From contig OX597818.1 of NCBI GenBank assembly GCA_951406725.2, positions 27,796,001 to 27,858,000 on the forward strand: 62,000 nucleotides of DNA. The letters run 5' to 3'. Each line of letters starts with the position of its first letter. The stretch's first letter is position 1. Position numbers and translations under genes: made by a program. This DNA comes from Octopus vulgaris. Lineage: Eukaryota. The notes below the pieces were generated by a model. The model ran no database searches, was not told the origin of the DNA, and saw nothing but the letters and a program-made list of their open reading frames with translations. Positions 1-14,599 of the stretch are shown piece by piece.

Positions 1-585
1 ATTAAGTTTTAAACAGCATATATACTGGAGACCTGCTTTTCTATATTATACTCCAATGATCTCTGATCTTTCAAAAAACTGGTGAATGCTTAGTTATGCT
101 TTACATTAGCAAAACCTTGAATTGTGTCTGAGTAGAAATATCTATCTTTTAGTATCCATCTATCTCATCTCATGAATTGGAAGTTTCTGATCAGTCTACT
201 CTTTTACAACATGTATTAATATAACAATCTCTGAACCACATTCTTGTATGCATTGAAGTTCAATTATGTATTCACATAAACATTGTTCTGCCTGTTTCTT
301 CTAACAAAAGGCTGCTATACACATTATATCCCTTTTTACTCCTGCTCAACTTTCCACACAACCTTGATACATAAGAACAGACTTATAATTCTTTCATGAA
401 CAGAGGCTTTTAAATCATCCTCTAATGGAAACATAACATGATGACATTTGTTTTTAGTATCATCAAACATAATCACAGCACATGTTAAAGAACAGACTTG
501 CAACACTACGCCTTTTCTATGCTTGAGTAAAACAGCTAAAACTCTCAAAACTGCTAAGTCTCAAATGATATTTCACAGTAAATAC

Positions 586-634
<49 letters not shown>

Positions 635-637
635 ATA

Positions 638-1847
638 TCTATAAAAGGGAGGATGTGTGTGCGTGTGTATGTGTATGTGATTGTAATTTATGCACATCCA
701 CAAATTAGCACACATGTCACTCAAATTTTAGGAAGACATTTGTCAACATACTATCTGGGTTTTGTCAACTTATTTTTTTCCCAAGGCACCCGCGGATAGG
801 GTAAAAATCTATTTTCAACCATAGCTTTTAACCATAACAAATATCAGCCATTGCTTTTTGATGGCGTCTAACAAAAAAAAAAGAAAAAGAAAAGTGGAAG
901 GAGGCAGTGAGTTTCACAAGAAAGACAAAGTGAGAGAGAGAGAGAGAGAGAGCCATTGCGTTTTTGACAGCGTCTAACAAAAAGAAATGAGATAAAGAAA
1001 AGTGGAAGAAGGAGGCAGAGAGTTTCACAAGAAAGACAAAGTGAGAGAGGGAGAGAGAATGGAAGAAGGAGGCAGAGAGTTTCACGGGAAAGACAAAGTG
1101 AGAGAGGGAGAGAGTAAGTGACTACGTTCATAAAAAATAAAATGTAAAATGTTTTGTTTTTTGTTTTTGAAAGGCACACTATATTTTATAATCATAGTAT
1201 ATATACTTTCTCACACAACAATTACAATAAATTTATTTTAAATCGTTCACCTTTCTCTTCCCTCTCTCTCACACATATTACTTTGGGTGCGAAAGAGTTT
1301 TGTTTTTATTTTATGCCGAGTAAAAAAGTGTTTTGTTGACAATCCATTTATTTAACAACAAAGAAACAAAGAGGTGAGTAACAATTTGTCAGTGAATTAC
1401 ACAATATAAATGGGTACAATTTGTGAGGCTTCCACCACACCCCACTCCATTTCACGAACCACAAAGAGGGTTTTGAGGCCAGAGTAGTTGATTCCATGCA
1501 AAAAAAAAAACGATTTTTTTTTCTTAGTGAAAATTGTGTGAGTGTTAATCTACAAATTTAACAACATTTTTTTCCATTCAGTTCTGTTTATGAACATATA
1601 TGCGTGCACAAAACATGCAGTAGGTGTATGTACGTGTGTGTATGTGTGTTCGTGTCTGTTGCCTATATATATTTATATTATATTATATATATATATGATA
1701 TATATAATATATATATATAATATAACTAATTTCAATGGGTTTCGCCCAAATTTGACATCTATATTATTTAGTTTGGTTTGAAATAAAGAACTTGATTAGC
1801 TTAATAATCGTAACTTAATCCCGGGCAAGGCTGGGTTATACTGCTAG
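638..1847 (+). mobile_element. Non-autonomous Helitron-like element with internal GA-rich minisatellite
   Basis: 3' end is a GC hairpin (cccgggcaaggctggg) followed by CTAG|T at 1844-1848. Probable TC-start (tctataaaaggg) near 638. Imperfect tandem units (aaagacaaagtgagagag...gaggcagagagtttcac) at about 880-1115. Confidence 0.55.
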
Positions 1848-4800
1848 TATATATATATATATATATAATATTGTCAATACAACATTCCAAAGATTAAGCT
1901 TCCACTCTAGAGTCAGAAATTATTTCAGCTCTGACTAATTGATTATCCTCTCAGAAAAAAGCCCTCATTAGAATACTACTCTAATATGTGGTATAGTTTT
2001 GCTGATGCATGCACATACACACATTATTGACTGCATCTCTCAAAAGACTGACTGTGGGGGGATTCACTTACCAGCATGCTGCAACTAGGAACCTTCAAAT
2101 TTTCTGCTTCACCTCTTCTACAACTAGTTCTGCTCTAAATTAGTAAGTAGCGTACTACTTCTGCCCACACTTATCTGATGATCCAAGCTATCCTAGCCTC
2201 ATTATCTTTGGTCTTATTCCTAAACCCTGTATTAATTCCTTCTGTCCTTTTATTTCAGAACTGAAAGTCTATGAAACTCCCTCCTCAATATTTTTCCTGC
2301 TGGCATAAATTTGCAGGAAATCAAATTGAGCATTAGCAACCTAACAAAGAAATTCTGCAAGTGTCATAGATATTGTTCCTCCTCTTCTAAATAAAATTTG
2401 CTCATAAATTACATTATTCACTACAGCAAAATAAGTTTTTGATAACATCACAGTTTATATTGCAGTTTTAATTGTAATTAATTTTCAACATTTCAGTTCA
2501 GCTCTATCAAGCTTTATCAAGCTTAATCAATGGTAAACAATATTTCTATTCAAATTGATAGAGCTCAGATTTGTTTCAGTCTGTGTGAAGGTTTACAGTT
2601 GTACATTTTCTTATAAAAGTTGCTCTTGTTTTATCATATAGTTCATATATAAATGTTATTTATCTCAACATCATGATATCTAGAACTAAAATAATACCTA
2701 CTATGTTCATTATATGTTTTATTGTTTGCATCATATAAGTGGAATTATAGCTGCGGTGGTACATGCCTATTGTGAGAGGTATGCTATACTGATACATATG
2801 ACTTGAAATATACCGTCTGGTTTTAGAGATACTAGAAATTAGAGGAGGTGGGTTGAATGCCTCACTCAACAGGAAGTGCTACTACATATAGAAAGTATTT
2901 TAAGATTTGAAGTTATCATAGTTTAATGTTTAATTATTGCTGTTGTTGCTCAGCTTTAAGTCAATCTTATGAAGAAAACCTATAGCATTAGGAAGGCCAA
3001 CTAGCTGTGACAAACCATGCCAAAAGAGACAGAGTAGCTTAGTGCAGTTCTCCACTAATTGTCCTACTGATGCCAGCATGAAAAACAGATCTTAAATGAT
3101 AATGATGATGATGATGATGTTATTGATCATCCTGTCCTTTTGTATATACAGCATTACCTTGTTCAATGTATCCCCCTTTTTTTGTTTACCAGACATTTGG
3201 ATTTGATTTGAAATCTATGACAATTCTAGCAGATTGAATGACTATTCAACACTTCCATCCTTGGTTCATATATTTAACTGTTTCCATAATTGTAAATTTC
3301 TTTTTCTGTTTAAGAAAAAGGAATTTATTGTGACATAGAGGGACAGGTAATCATGTAAAGTGTATGGATGTATAAAAATATACAGTGAAAGAAAAAGAAT
3401 AACTCATTAAGAGATGAGTGTATTTATTCAGTTTTCATTATTTAACATTGAACCCACTGGCCTTGAATTCCATTACCAATAATATGTGCCTATATCCAAT
3501 CAAACTAGTATTCTGTTTTGCCACATATTTCTGTTTAGACCTGGTGCACATGCTTTCTGCACCAGTCAATGATCATTTTACATTGCTGTTACAGCTTGTG
3601 TTCTGAATAAAGGTATCACTGTGGCTTTTGTGAAGTTTGTGCGAGGCTTGGGGGGAAAATATGTTGTATTTAAAATCTGACATCAGTCAGTTAATTATTC
3701 AATTTTTAGTCATTACATGGAGCATCAGAAAGGTTTTGATAATAACCATGAAAGTGATTTTGAAAGCATATTACCCAGCAGATAAAGATAGCATGCTAGA
3801 TGCTGTTTCTCTACAAAATGTACAAATTATATATGAGAAGTAGTCTCAGATTGCAGAAGAAGGGGTGTGGTGGTACTCCTAATAGGTTACTTTGAGATTT
3901 GTAATAACAATTGTTTTCTAATGATTTCAAACCTACAGAGATCTTGTGTCTAAAAATATTCTTGATAATCTTACTGCAGGATTAGCTAATCCTGTGAATT
4001 ATTTGATCCAGTTGTTCTGAATAGATGAAATTTGGTAGCTGTTAGTATATGAAACCAATAATCAAGCATTGCAAGTCAAAGCAGCTAATCCTAATAACTG
4101 CAATTCACTAACTATGTGAACGAAGATAACCTTGCTTTTGATAAAAATGATAAAATCGATAAATTTCATCTTGTGTTCACATATCTTTTGGAAAAACGGA
4201 AATATCACAAACTACAATGGAATCTGCCACTTGAAGAGAGGAGTATCAATACAAAGAATCAGTCAAAAAGATAATGTATCAAAAATAAATTCTTCATTTT
4301 CTGTTTATAATGGGTATATTCTTGTGTATTGAAACTGGAGATAATAACTACTGGAAAATTTGGTAATGAAAGACAGAAGACAAAAAAAGGGTGGTGTAAA
4401 GGATATCTCATTACAAATTAAACATAATTTATATTTATTACATTGTTAGCATCATGGACAAAATGTGAAGCAGCATTTCATTCATCTTTCTGTTCTGAGT
4501 TTAAATTTTCTAGAGATTGACTTTGCCTTTTCATTCTTTCAAGGTCATTAAAATAAATACCGGTTGAGCACTGGCTTCAATGTAATCAATCAGCTCCCTC
4601 TCCCAAAATTTCAGACCTTGTGTCTATGGTTGAAAAGATTGTATTTATTACATTTTGTCCAGTTGAATTTGCTAATATTTTTTCAGTTTTTCAGTTTTTC
4701 TGTGATTTTCATGTAGATGTCTACAGTGTTGTACGCCTTGTTAGGATTCAAAGAATTAAACAACTTTCATAATAAATGATAGGAAAATGTTTCATGAAGT

Positions 4801-4853
4801 TTCTTAAAAAATTTTCACCATGTGATTTAAAAAAAATTTATTTATTTTTATAG

Positions 4854-5102
4854 ATGTACCTGATATTATTGCATCAGAGAATATGACATTAATTGAGAAT
4901 CAAGCATCCATTGTAAACTGTTCTGCAAAAGGAAACCCTATCCCAGAAGTGAGGCTGGAATATGAAAATCAAAGTTTTCCTTCAAACTCCCCATTCACTT
5001 TTAATCGCAGAAATAGCAGTGATGTTTTCTGTGTTGCCAATGCAAAGAGCACAAAGCATGGAAATTTGACATCTAGAAAGAAAATTAATATCATGTTGAA
5101 AT
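4854..5102 (+). CDS. Ig-superfamily receptor, Ig-like exon 1 (first one found in the window): xVPDIIASENMTLIENQASIVNCSAKGNPIPEV...VFCVANAK...NIMLK
   Basis: Acceptor ttttttatag at 4853, donor gtatgt at 5103. 249 nt, phase 1-1. Has the Ig B-strand C-x-A-x-G-N-P-x-P motif and a second Cys. Confidence 0.85.
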
Positions 5103-5124
5103 GTATGTTAAGTATAGATATTTT

Positions 5125-5155
5125 TCCTGCTGCTGCTGTGCTGCTAAGGCTACTG

Positions 5156-5216
<61 letters not shown>

Positions 5217-5269
5217 CACCACCACTACTACCACCACTACTACTACTGCTGCTGCTGCTGCTGCTACTT

Positions 5270-5325
<56 letters not shown>

Positions 5326-5347
5326 GCTGCTGCTACTACTGCTGCTG

Positions 5348-5389
<42 letters not shown>

Positions 5390-5390
5390 T
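5125..5390. repeat. Compound (CTG)/(CTA)/(CCA) trinucleotide microsatellite
   Basis: Directly visible just after the exon donor. Explains the poly-L/S/T/V ORFs. Confidence 0.95.
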
Positions 5391-6206
5391 TACCTCCACC
5401 ATCTTCAATGTTATCATCTTCACCACTACCATTACCATCCCCATCACTACTAGCTCCTATATATAATCTGTTGCATTCCATCACTACAGTTTGTTACTTT
5501 TTAAAGTCTTATAACCAATTAGATTATTGAAGCACTCGAAAATACTTATTAGTCACAGCGTCTTACCTGTTGCTTGGATTCATGGTACCTATTTAGAGCT
5601 TGGTGGACTAATAACTGACACAGCATAACACCAGTAAAATACATGTGTTGTCTCTTCTTCCTGCCTATTCTATTATTATTACTATGACACTGCTCTTAAC
5701 ATTACGCAACCCCTTTCCAAGATTATATAATGCATTTGTCTCTCCTACTTTCCTGATTGCTCAAGCCCTGCACTAACCACTATACACAATCAAACCACCT
5801 CAGGGATGAAGTCTGTGATATTCCCTCCCCACTTATGCATTTTTTTGCAGATATTGGTAATCAAAATTGGACACAAACTGTATCAGTCTTACCAGATTTA
5901 GAAAATTTTTGAAAGAACAAAAACTGCAGCTACTTTTAGTTGACTGAGCTCTAAGTAATCATATAATGCTTCCATCTAACATGCTGTTCCTGCCATATCC
6001 ACTGTATTTACTCTGAGAATAATATTCATGACACTATACTTTGCAATCTTGTTGCTGTTCAGATTCAGAACTTCCTAAGATTAGGAGAAAAAATTACAGG
6101 TGTGAGAGCAAATCTTGAAATCAAAGGGCCTCAACATTAACTTGACAACATTAAAGTTTTAGGCATAATTAAATCTCAGAATGAGATTGAAACAGTAATC
6201 GCTCGA

Positions 6207-6630
6207 TAATGTAAGGTATAGAAGCCATCTTATCATGGCTAACCACATTGAGGATGGAGTGTTACTGTAGCTTTATAGCCCCAAGAGATCTTCGTCTCTA
6301 GCTGGCTTTAGACACAATATCTATGTCCTTGGAGTATTTGCAAAGGGAGGCCATCCCTTCCTCGCAAGCCTGAGTGATACACTCGAACTAGTTTCGGGAT
6401 TGTTGTCCCTCGTCAACGGGCGGTAACCACCAGGTAGCGATGAAACTAGTTCGAGCGTATCACTCAGGCTTGCGTGGAAGGGATGGCCTCCCTATGCAAA
6501 TACTCCAAGGACACAGATATTGTGTCTAAAGCCAGCTAGAGACGAAGATCTCTTAGGGCTATAAAGCTACAGTAACACCCCCTCCCCAATGTGGTTAGCC
6601 ATGATAAGATGGCTTCTATACTTTACATTA
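6207..6630. mobile_element. Foldback MITE: about 189-bp inverted arms, 46-bp spacer, TA at both ends
   Basis: 6207-6395 is the near-exact reverse complement of 6442-6630. TA ends fit a Tc1/mariner-type target duplication. Confidence 0.85.
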
Positions 6631-7219
6631 AAGTTTTAGTATATCAGAAAACATACAAGACTCTTTCTCCATCTGGAAAGCTGCATTGTTTGATATGTAA
6701 AATAGAATTGGGTGGAAATTTGATACAGTGTACTCACTGAAAGTGCATCCCACTGTAGTAGCCCTTGAAAATATGATGTTTCATTAGCTATAAGGTCAAG
6801 TTCATATTGCTCCGAGATTATGGATTTGTAGTGGTTTAGATCCCTAACTGTGTCTTGCTGTGATTTTCTTAATAAGAAAACAAATTCAATGACAATCTTA
6901 GAATATGAAGACTTACAGGGTATGAACAAAAATATATTTTACAAAATAAAAGCATAAAAAAAAGGGAGAAAGAAAAAACAAACCTCAATGCAGTAGCAAG
7001 TGCTTCAATTGGTTGCATACCACAAGGTTCAGTGGAACCTACTGAAGCAAACCAGCACTCTTGTGGCATTACCATGGGCACATTCATGTATTACTATAAC
7101 CATATTATTTATAAATTTATTTTTGAAATGTGTATGGAACTGAAATTTTGTATTAATTTTTATTATATTTTCTAAACTGAAACTGCTTTCTGATTTTGTT
7201 TTTGTTATTTCTTTTTAAG

Positions 7220-7474
7220 ATCCTCCTCAAGTAAACATTCATATTTCAAATGAGACAAATAATACTTTACTAATTAATTGCACTGCATTTGATGGAAATC
7301 CAGAAAAATATGAATACAAACTGAAGCAAAAATGGGGAAACATCACTAAGAATACTTATAATATAAATGTATTATCAATAAATAATTCTACTTTCAATAA
7401 TACTGGTACATGGGAGTGTCATGTAAGCAATGAAGATTTTCATGTGAGTAAATCATCAAACTACAAAATTCCAG
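7220..7474 (+). CDS. Ig-like exon 2: YPPQVNIHISNETNNTLLINCTAFDGNPEKYEY...NNTGTWECHVSN...NYKIP
   Basis: Acceptor ctttttaag, donor gtaagt. 255 nt, open, phase 1-1. YPP start, C-x-x-x-D-G-N-P motif and an F-strand T-G-x-W-x-C. Confidence 0.9.
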
Positions 7475-9667
7475 GTAAGTGTTTAACAAAATCATAATTT
7501 AATCTTAAAAACATATTTACAATCAGATTTTTATTTGATTTTATCCCATTAGAAGATTGTTGGACTTTGTTTTTTTTATGCATATCAATAAAACTGACAA
7601 TTTGTACCTATAAAGTTTTAGGAATGGTTTGATATGTAAATAGTTAAGAATTGTAGAGCTCAATTCATCCGATTTTCTCCAAAAGAAGTGAAGCAGTTTT
7701 CAAGAAAATTTTAAACATTCATATTATTCAGTGAAATAGTTTCCCTTTTGAATTTTCTTATTGTTTAGTTTGTTCTATTTCAACTGTCTATTGCATACCT
7801 GTATAATGAATATACAGCAAATTAACTCATCAGGCAAGAACATTAAATATTTCTTGTTACAGTAATTCAAATTATAAAGATATACAATTTCAGCCAATAA
7901 ATCATTTATTTTCTAAGTGTTATAACAGATATTTCCAAAAACTTTCCTAAAACTTTTAGTAGCATGAGGTTTTCATTTAAATTCTATACTATGTTATATT
8001 TGTTATACTTAGAAAAAGAAATGTCTATATCATGTTTAGGTGTGTATGAAGGACACTTTGTAACATAAAAGGGATGGTTTATAGAATGTCTACCACTTCA
8101 GATGTCTTGAGATTTGAGGTAATGTAAGAACTAATGAAAAAAGATTATCAGTATAATCTTAGAAATACTGACTGTTTCTGAGCAGTATTGGAGAGATTGT
8201 CTTTAATGGAGTTGACACACATTTTGTATTAAGTGATATTTGAGAAAGAAACTTTCAAAACTTATTAAGAATTAGTCAATTTGCAAGAATAACTTCAGGG
8301 TGATATCTAGGACAATATCAGATAATGAAAATTGCCTCCTAAAGTATCATAAATCTCAAAATCTCTGAAGTGAGATCTAATACAGATTATATAAGCCCAG
8401 CCCCTTTCGAAATATTTCTTTTTATGTCACACATTGTCCTCCTGTCTTTGATCAAATATATGAAAATAACCAGCAAGTGTTATCTATTTTTAGATAACAC
8501 TTGAAACTATTAACTTGACTTGCTAGTTTTAAGTGATCAAGGCGTTTTGGGACTTAAAAGCCATAATGGTTACATCTCAAGTAATGAGTAGAATTGTAAA
8601 AATACTGGGTTAGTTAAAAAGTGGTGAATAAGACTCTTTCACAAAGTTGCCAGATGTCTGTGGGGATGAGATAGCTGGAAGGAAAGGGCTGTGATGTCTG
8701 TACAGACAAGGGCGTTGACTGGAACAGAAACGGTGAGAGAGGAAGTGAGGAAGGAAAATCAGAGTCATCCTCTTTTGCCTTGGGTGCTCATGATGAATGG
8801 ATGTGAGGTGAGTTAGTTGACAGGAATGGGTACTAGCAGTTGCTATCGTTAGGTGTGCAGGCTAGGCATGAGCTCTGGATTGAGTACGGCTGGGTGGCAA
8901 AATGGCAAGAAGGTAGGTGAATTATTTATTTCCCTGCATTACAGTTCCCTTACACAACAATGTCTAATAAGTAAGAATTTGTGTAATTGGAATTAAGAGT
9001 GATAAAAACTTATATTGCATAAAGGTGTATTTTACTCTATCATTAATCTTCATTTTGAAATCTTTGTATGTGTGAATGAATTTCTTTCAGATGATTATTA
9101 TTGTTTGCATGTAGTAGAAATTGTATTATAGTAGTACTGTAGTAGAAAGCATTCACTGGTTGTTAATCTATATGGCTTAGTGATGTGTAAAATTGAGAAG
9201 GTCTTACACAACAATCAAAATTGTGTTTGGTATTTGGTAGGTTATTCAGATATTTTACATACTTAGTACAACAGATTGTTAACATAAAATTTAGAGATAT
9301 GCAAGTAGTTGGATGACTTGATCAGGTGGTATGTGATGAGACAACAGTGTTAGAGGATCTGGGACCATACTCTTTAAAATATGCCATGGTTGTTGTGTAG
9401 CGGTTGTAATTGAATGGGATGATACACTAGAGTTCGTTTGACAACTAGGGATTCTAATTTGGAGGTGAAATGGTACAGATGCTTAGAATTGTCAATATCT
9501 TAGCCTTAAATACTTGCTGAATCAATCTGAAAGTAAATTTCTGTCACCAAATTATATAATTTACATTTTATTCATTCCACTTATTTTTTGAAAACTTAGG
9601 AATCTTCTATTTAAAATTTACACTATATATTATTTTCTTTCAATATTTTATTATTTTTTTCCACCAG

Positions 9668-9976
9668 TGAAACCTATTTTCAGTTCAATATCAAACGATG
9701 CGAAAAAGAAAAATGTTTCAATTGGAGAATCTGTAATTTTCAAACAGTGTTTTTATTCACATCCAAAATCTGATGTAAAATGGCAAATAAATGACAAATT
9801 AATTGACTTCAACAAATATTTAACAACTGATTTTGTATCAAGTGATTTTCCTTTCAAAGGAAGCTGTACTCATTTAAAAACAGAAGACATCAAAGATAAT
9901 GATATTAGAACTTATACCTTAACATTGGAAAACTCTGTAGGAAAAGAAGTGATAACTTTTACCTTGAGGCATAAAG
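9668..9976 (+). CDS. Ig-like exon 3 (membrane-proximal, non-canonical): VKPIFSS...GESVIFKQCFYSHPKSDVKWQ...DIRTYTLTLENSVGK...TLRHK
   Basis: Acceptor tttttccaccag, donor gtaagt. 309 nt, phase 1-1. Has the C-strand Trp. The F-strand reads YTLTLENSVG without the canonical Cys. Confidence 0.9.
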
Positions 9977-12119
9977 GTAAGTTGTTACATGTTTGTAATT
10001 ATTCTTTAATCATTTAAAATATTGTTTCATATTATACAGAATTATTTAGAATTGATTAATTCATTGCAAAGTACTCAAGGTTCTGCTTTTAGATCAAGTC
10101 TTAAAATTAGCTATATGTTATAAAGATGGAGAGTCAATTTTAGCCTTGTTTCTTGTTTAATCCCTTTTACATTTGTAAGTAAACAATTTTCTTTTCAGAA
10201 ATATTTTAGTTAATTACTGGAGCAAAACTTTCACTGAAAAACCATTCCCTAGACTCTGGGAATTACATTTTCTGTTCAATTAACTATTTATTTTAAGTAT
10301 ATTTACTTAAATATTTGCTACATAATGAGAGTGGAGTTGATTTGAATGTGGTAAGAATTTCAGCTAATAAATGGAAACAGCAAGCTGATGCATGCAAATA
10401 CTAAAATTTAATGTTTTTTTTGCCTTTTACTGGTCCTAATTGGTTAAATCTATTAAGTTATTTTCTTATAAGATTCTTATTACCTCCTTTGAGAATCTTT
10501 TCTACTCTAGTACTCTAGATAAAAGGCCCAAAATTTCTGGGGAGGAGGCCAGTCGATAAGACTGACCCCAATATGCAACTGGTACTTAATTTATGAACCC
10601 TGAAAAGATGAAAGGCAAACTGCAGTGGAATTTGAACTCAGAAGGTAAAGACAAACGAAATACCACTAAGCATTTTGTTCAGTGCACTAACTTTTCTGCC
10701 AGTTCACCACCTTATTACCTCCATAGAAAATATTTAATAAATATGTCAGCTGTGCACATATATTTGGATTAATGCAGTATAGTGAGTTAAATGGTGACAA
10801 GTGACTGCAAGTTACAAAAATTCTATCAGAACCCGTCAGAGAAGGATAACATTGTCACAGTAAGTTAGAAACAGGTGTATTAGAGTAGATTACTTGAAGA
10901 TTATGGGTCATCTGTGTTCTCATTAGCTAAAGAACAAGGATGATAGCAGAACTGAGGGAACCTTTCAGTATGAAGAGTGAAGTGAGGTGTAAAGAATCTG
11001 TGGGGTACATCTGTAATGAGTAAACTAAGGAATCTTTAAATTCACAAATTGGCAAGTGTGCTACATATATAAAATTACTGTTTTGGTTTTAAATTATTTT
11101 TTGATATAGGTCACAGAGCAATTTCAAAATTGAATGTCTGTGAAAAGTTCTCCAGCCCTGTCAAGACCATCATCATTTAGTGTCCATTTATCATACTTAC
11201 ATTGACCAAACAGTTTACTAGATTCTGACAACCTGCAGATTTGTGTCAGGACCCAATATCAATTTTGGTATAGTTTCTACAGCTGGATACCCATCCTAGC
11301 TCCAATCACTTTACAGTGTGTATTGAATGCTTTTTTTCATGATACCAGCATTAGTAAGGTTACCAAGTATCATGCAAGACGAAGTAAATAAAGGAAAAGG
11401 AAATAGCTCCCTCAACTGACTAGGAGTGTATTTCAGAGAGGGGGTTAGCTTTATGTCAGGTGTTGAAAGTTAAAGTAAGATAGAGGGACAGGCACAGATG
11501 TTTCTCTTCTCTTTTACTTTCTCCTCTCACTTAAAAGCAAATATCGCCTTTTTACTTTATTCTCTCTTTCGATTTCTTCTCTCTTCAAAGTATACAGAAT
11601 TTAAAACAATTTTACGGAAATTAATGAACAATCATATGATCCTATATATGTTGAATTGACAACTTTGCTTCTTCAGACAAAAGAATGCCAAAAATAACTT
11701 CCTTTGACACACATACACACACTCTAGGTAAAACTTCTGTGTGAATTATGTTGTTTCTTTCAGCATGCATGTGCAAATTTACAACTCAAATCCAAATGAA
11801 ATGATCTTTTCCTATTGTGTAATTCTATTGTATTTGTGATGAGCATATTTAAAAACCTGATCTTTGATATAAACTCAAAAGGAAGTTTTCTCAGAAATCC
11901 TATCCTTTATCTCTTCTTTCTAGCATGTCCAAGATGACATTTCCATCCCACACTTATTTTTTTCCCTAAATTTTTTTCCAATTCCTATGTTTACGATACA
12001 GGAAATTAAAATTTCATCCATAAAATACGTTCTCAATATTTTAATTTTCTCCCTCTCCACACCAAAGTCATTTTTTACTTATTTCAAATTTTTATTCTCG
12101 GTAATAGATGGAGAAAAAA

Positions 12120-12458
12120 CAGAGAATATGAATTTTTAAGAATTTTACCCATCACTTCACCACTTTCAAAAAGCTACACACTCCCAATGTTTCACTTTTA
12201 GCCTTTTGGAAAATGGTGACATTTCTTCAGAAATGGTGTTGTTTACCTGTGGTTTCTAGCATGTTGGGTTTTCTGTTAGTTGTCTGATATTTTTTAAGTC
12301 TACTTTTTCAGTAGAATTCTATGCACGCGGGAAACATCAGCCAAAAGTGAAAAATTGGGAGATTTTAGCTTTTTGAAAGCTGGTAGGTGATGGGTGAGTG
12401 AGGTGGAGGAAGGGGCATTGAGTGTTTCTTTAAGAAAAATTAAACTATAAAAAATGTA

Positions 12459-12497
<39 letters not shown>

Positions 12498-12859
12498 CCC
12501 AGATTCATAATCTCTGTATTTTTCTACAAAGATAGCAAAAAAATTTGATAGAAAAGTTACAAATTAAGAAATTGTGGTGGGGATAGGGGGAAATTTAAAT
12601 ATTGAAAATGTAATTTCTGGACAAGATCGTATTAACTTCCTTTTATACAATGAAACAATACATAGTTTCTGATCTTTCTTAAGAACAGAAAGCACTCACA
12701 TGCAAATTGTACCCTCACCTATCACTATTAAACAAACAATACTTCCATTATTCCATTAACTATATTTTAGCTATGCCAATTCTGCCCATAAGAAAGGAGC
12801 AAATAATACAATGTACTTGTAGGTCATAACAGCTGGGCAATGCTGGGATGCATTGCTAG
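12120..12859 (+). mobile_element. Probable Helitron-like non-autonomous element
   Basis: Ends gctgggcaatgctggg...gCTAG|T at 12856-12860, like the 1847 end. Internal inverted repeat at about 12160 and 12365. The 5' boundary is uncertain. Confidence 0.4.
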
Positions 12860-13597
12860 TTTTTTAATGATCAATAGAGTAAGGGGTAAGAGTTAGATGG
12901 TTGTTAGAATTATAATTACTATGAGAGTTTTAGAGGCAGAGCATTAGTTTATGATTTGTGTTAATTCTTAATCCATAAAATGATTTTATTTTCTAAGATC
13001 TTTAACATTCATTATTGCAATGAAATCAAATTGCTGGTGACAATATTTATTCAGTAACATTCAATAGATATTTTAAATGAGCGATTTCTCATACTGATTA
13101 TTGAATTATCATATTATCATATTAAATTAAATTATTGATTACATAAAATGTTTTGAGAAATATACTTGAAAAATACAAGAAAATGCTGCTGTATCTCACA
13201 ATGAGATGAAAGGTAATATAAATAACACTTCTGTTGGATTAGATGAGTGAAGAAAATAGAAGCTGAATGAAATGATAGTACAATAAGGACACACAAAAAA
13301 AAAACTGTAAAGAAACTTTTATATATGACCTGAAACACGTAGCCTTAATGCATTATTATAATGCAATATAGAACATATTTATAGTCTTATTTTTAGGCAA
13401 CACTTTGTGTTACAATGATTGTAAACAAATCGTCTGTACAATATTTGTGCTGATATAAAAAGGTGCACAACTGTATATACATTTTTATTGTTTTTGAAGT
13501 CTTCAGCAGCAGTTGTGTACCCCAGCATCTACTGACCTTCATAACCCTTTATCTTTTTAATATATTAATGCAAGGTCTTTTTAATATATCTTTTCAG

Positions 13598-13699
13598 AAA
13601 TTACGGAAGTCACTTTGGGAACAATTATTGGTTGCTTTGTAGGAATTGTATTATTAATAACTTTGGTACTTCTTATTTATAAAAGCCACAAAATAAGAG
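13598..13699 (+). CDS. Transmembrane exon: EITEVTLGTIIGCFVGIVLLITLVLLIYKSHKIR
   Basis: Acceptor tcttttcag. About 23 hydrophobic residues followed by a basic stop-transfer segment. 102 nt, phase 1-1 using the gttggt donor at 13700; an alternative gtatgt donor lies at 13704. Confidence 0.88.
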
Positions 13700-14599
13700 G
13701 TTGGTATGTTTTATACATTATAAGTGTCTGTCTATCTGTCTATCTATCTATCGAGAGACTTACACACATACACACACACACACAGATATATATATATATA
13801 TATGACAGTTTCTTCAACCTATAGACCAAAATCCTGTTGAAGGTCAAACTTTGGCCTTTCATAAGCTGCAAAAAAGCATAAAATGCTTAGTAAAATAAGA
13901 TTTTCTTTTACTGTAAAACTTCTTTTGTATAAACATGCACTCATTTGTATCCAGTCAAACTTTTTCTTATGAGATGGTTTCTATTTTTAAAGCCAACTTT
14001 GTTCAAAACTCACTTTGTGCAAACATGCACTAATAGTTTTTCAGAAAACAATTTTTTATATGAAGCAACTTTTTCATCTTAGAGTAAAGCATGAAAAACA
14101 ATTAAAATGTGGGAAAACTAAATGAAATGTTTTTAAAAAATATTTCCATAGTTTTCAAATGCAAAGGACATTTTCTTTTTTTCTGTCTCTCTGTGTCTCT
14201 CTTTTTTACTCTTGTGAGGGCTTGGTAGCAGGTAGTAGTAGTAGTCCTAATATTTGATATGAGTTCTTGGTTTCGATTGTTTAAACAGCAGTAGTAGCTG
14301 AGAAAGGAGGTGGTGAAGAAAAAGAAGGAAGATGTATGTGGAAGTGGTATGATAGTAGGAGGATATTGGTGGAATGCTCTTAAATGGTCAAGTAACTTAA
14401 AAGTGACCTGTTGTGGTTGTAATAGTAGTGATTGGAATTGTTCTAAATAAATTCATGGGTAGTGACTGTTGTGAATATATTGTTTTTAATATTTGCACAG
14501 GTATCATTCTAAGGCCCTTGTAGTAGTGTCATTTGTGGTGGACGCATTCAAAAGGGGTTTATATTTTGTAATAAAATAACCTATACACCTATACACCAG

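Noticed and set aside
2259-2330. Strong-looking acceptor tttatttcag
   Set aside because: All three frames hit stops within about 16 codons.
2673-2778. Possible signal-peptide exon (MISRTKIIPTMFIICFIVCII / SGIIAAVVHAYCE) with a gtatgc donor
   Set aside because: It needs a frameshift to be continuous, and it ends in phase 2, which is incompatible with the phase-1 exon at 4854.
3600-4400. Coding-looking stretch with short ORFs upstream of Ig exon 1
   Set aside because: No frame-consistent exon or recognisable domain was found. It is probably a decayed repeat and is left unassigned.
4969-5530. Poly-Leu/Ser/Thr/Val ORFs, including the extension of the 215-aa ORF
   Set aside because: These are microsatellite translations. 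The real exon ends at the 5103 donor.
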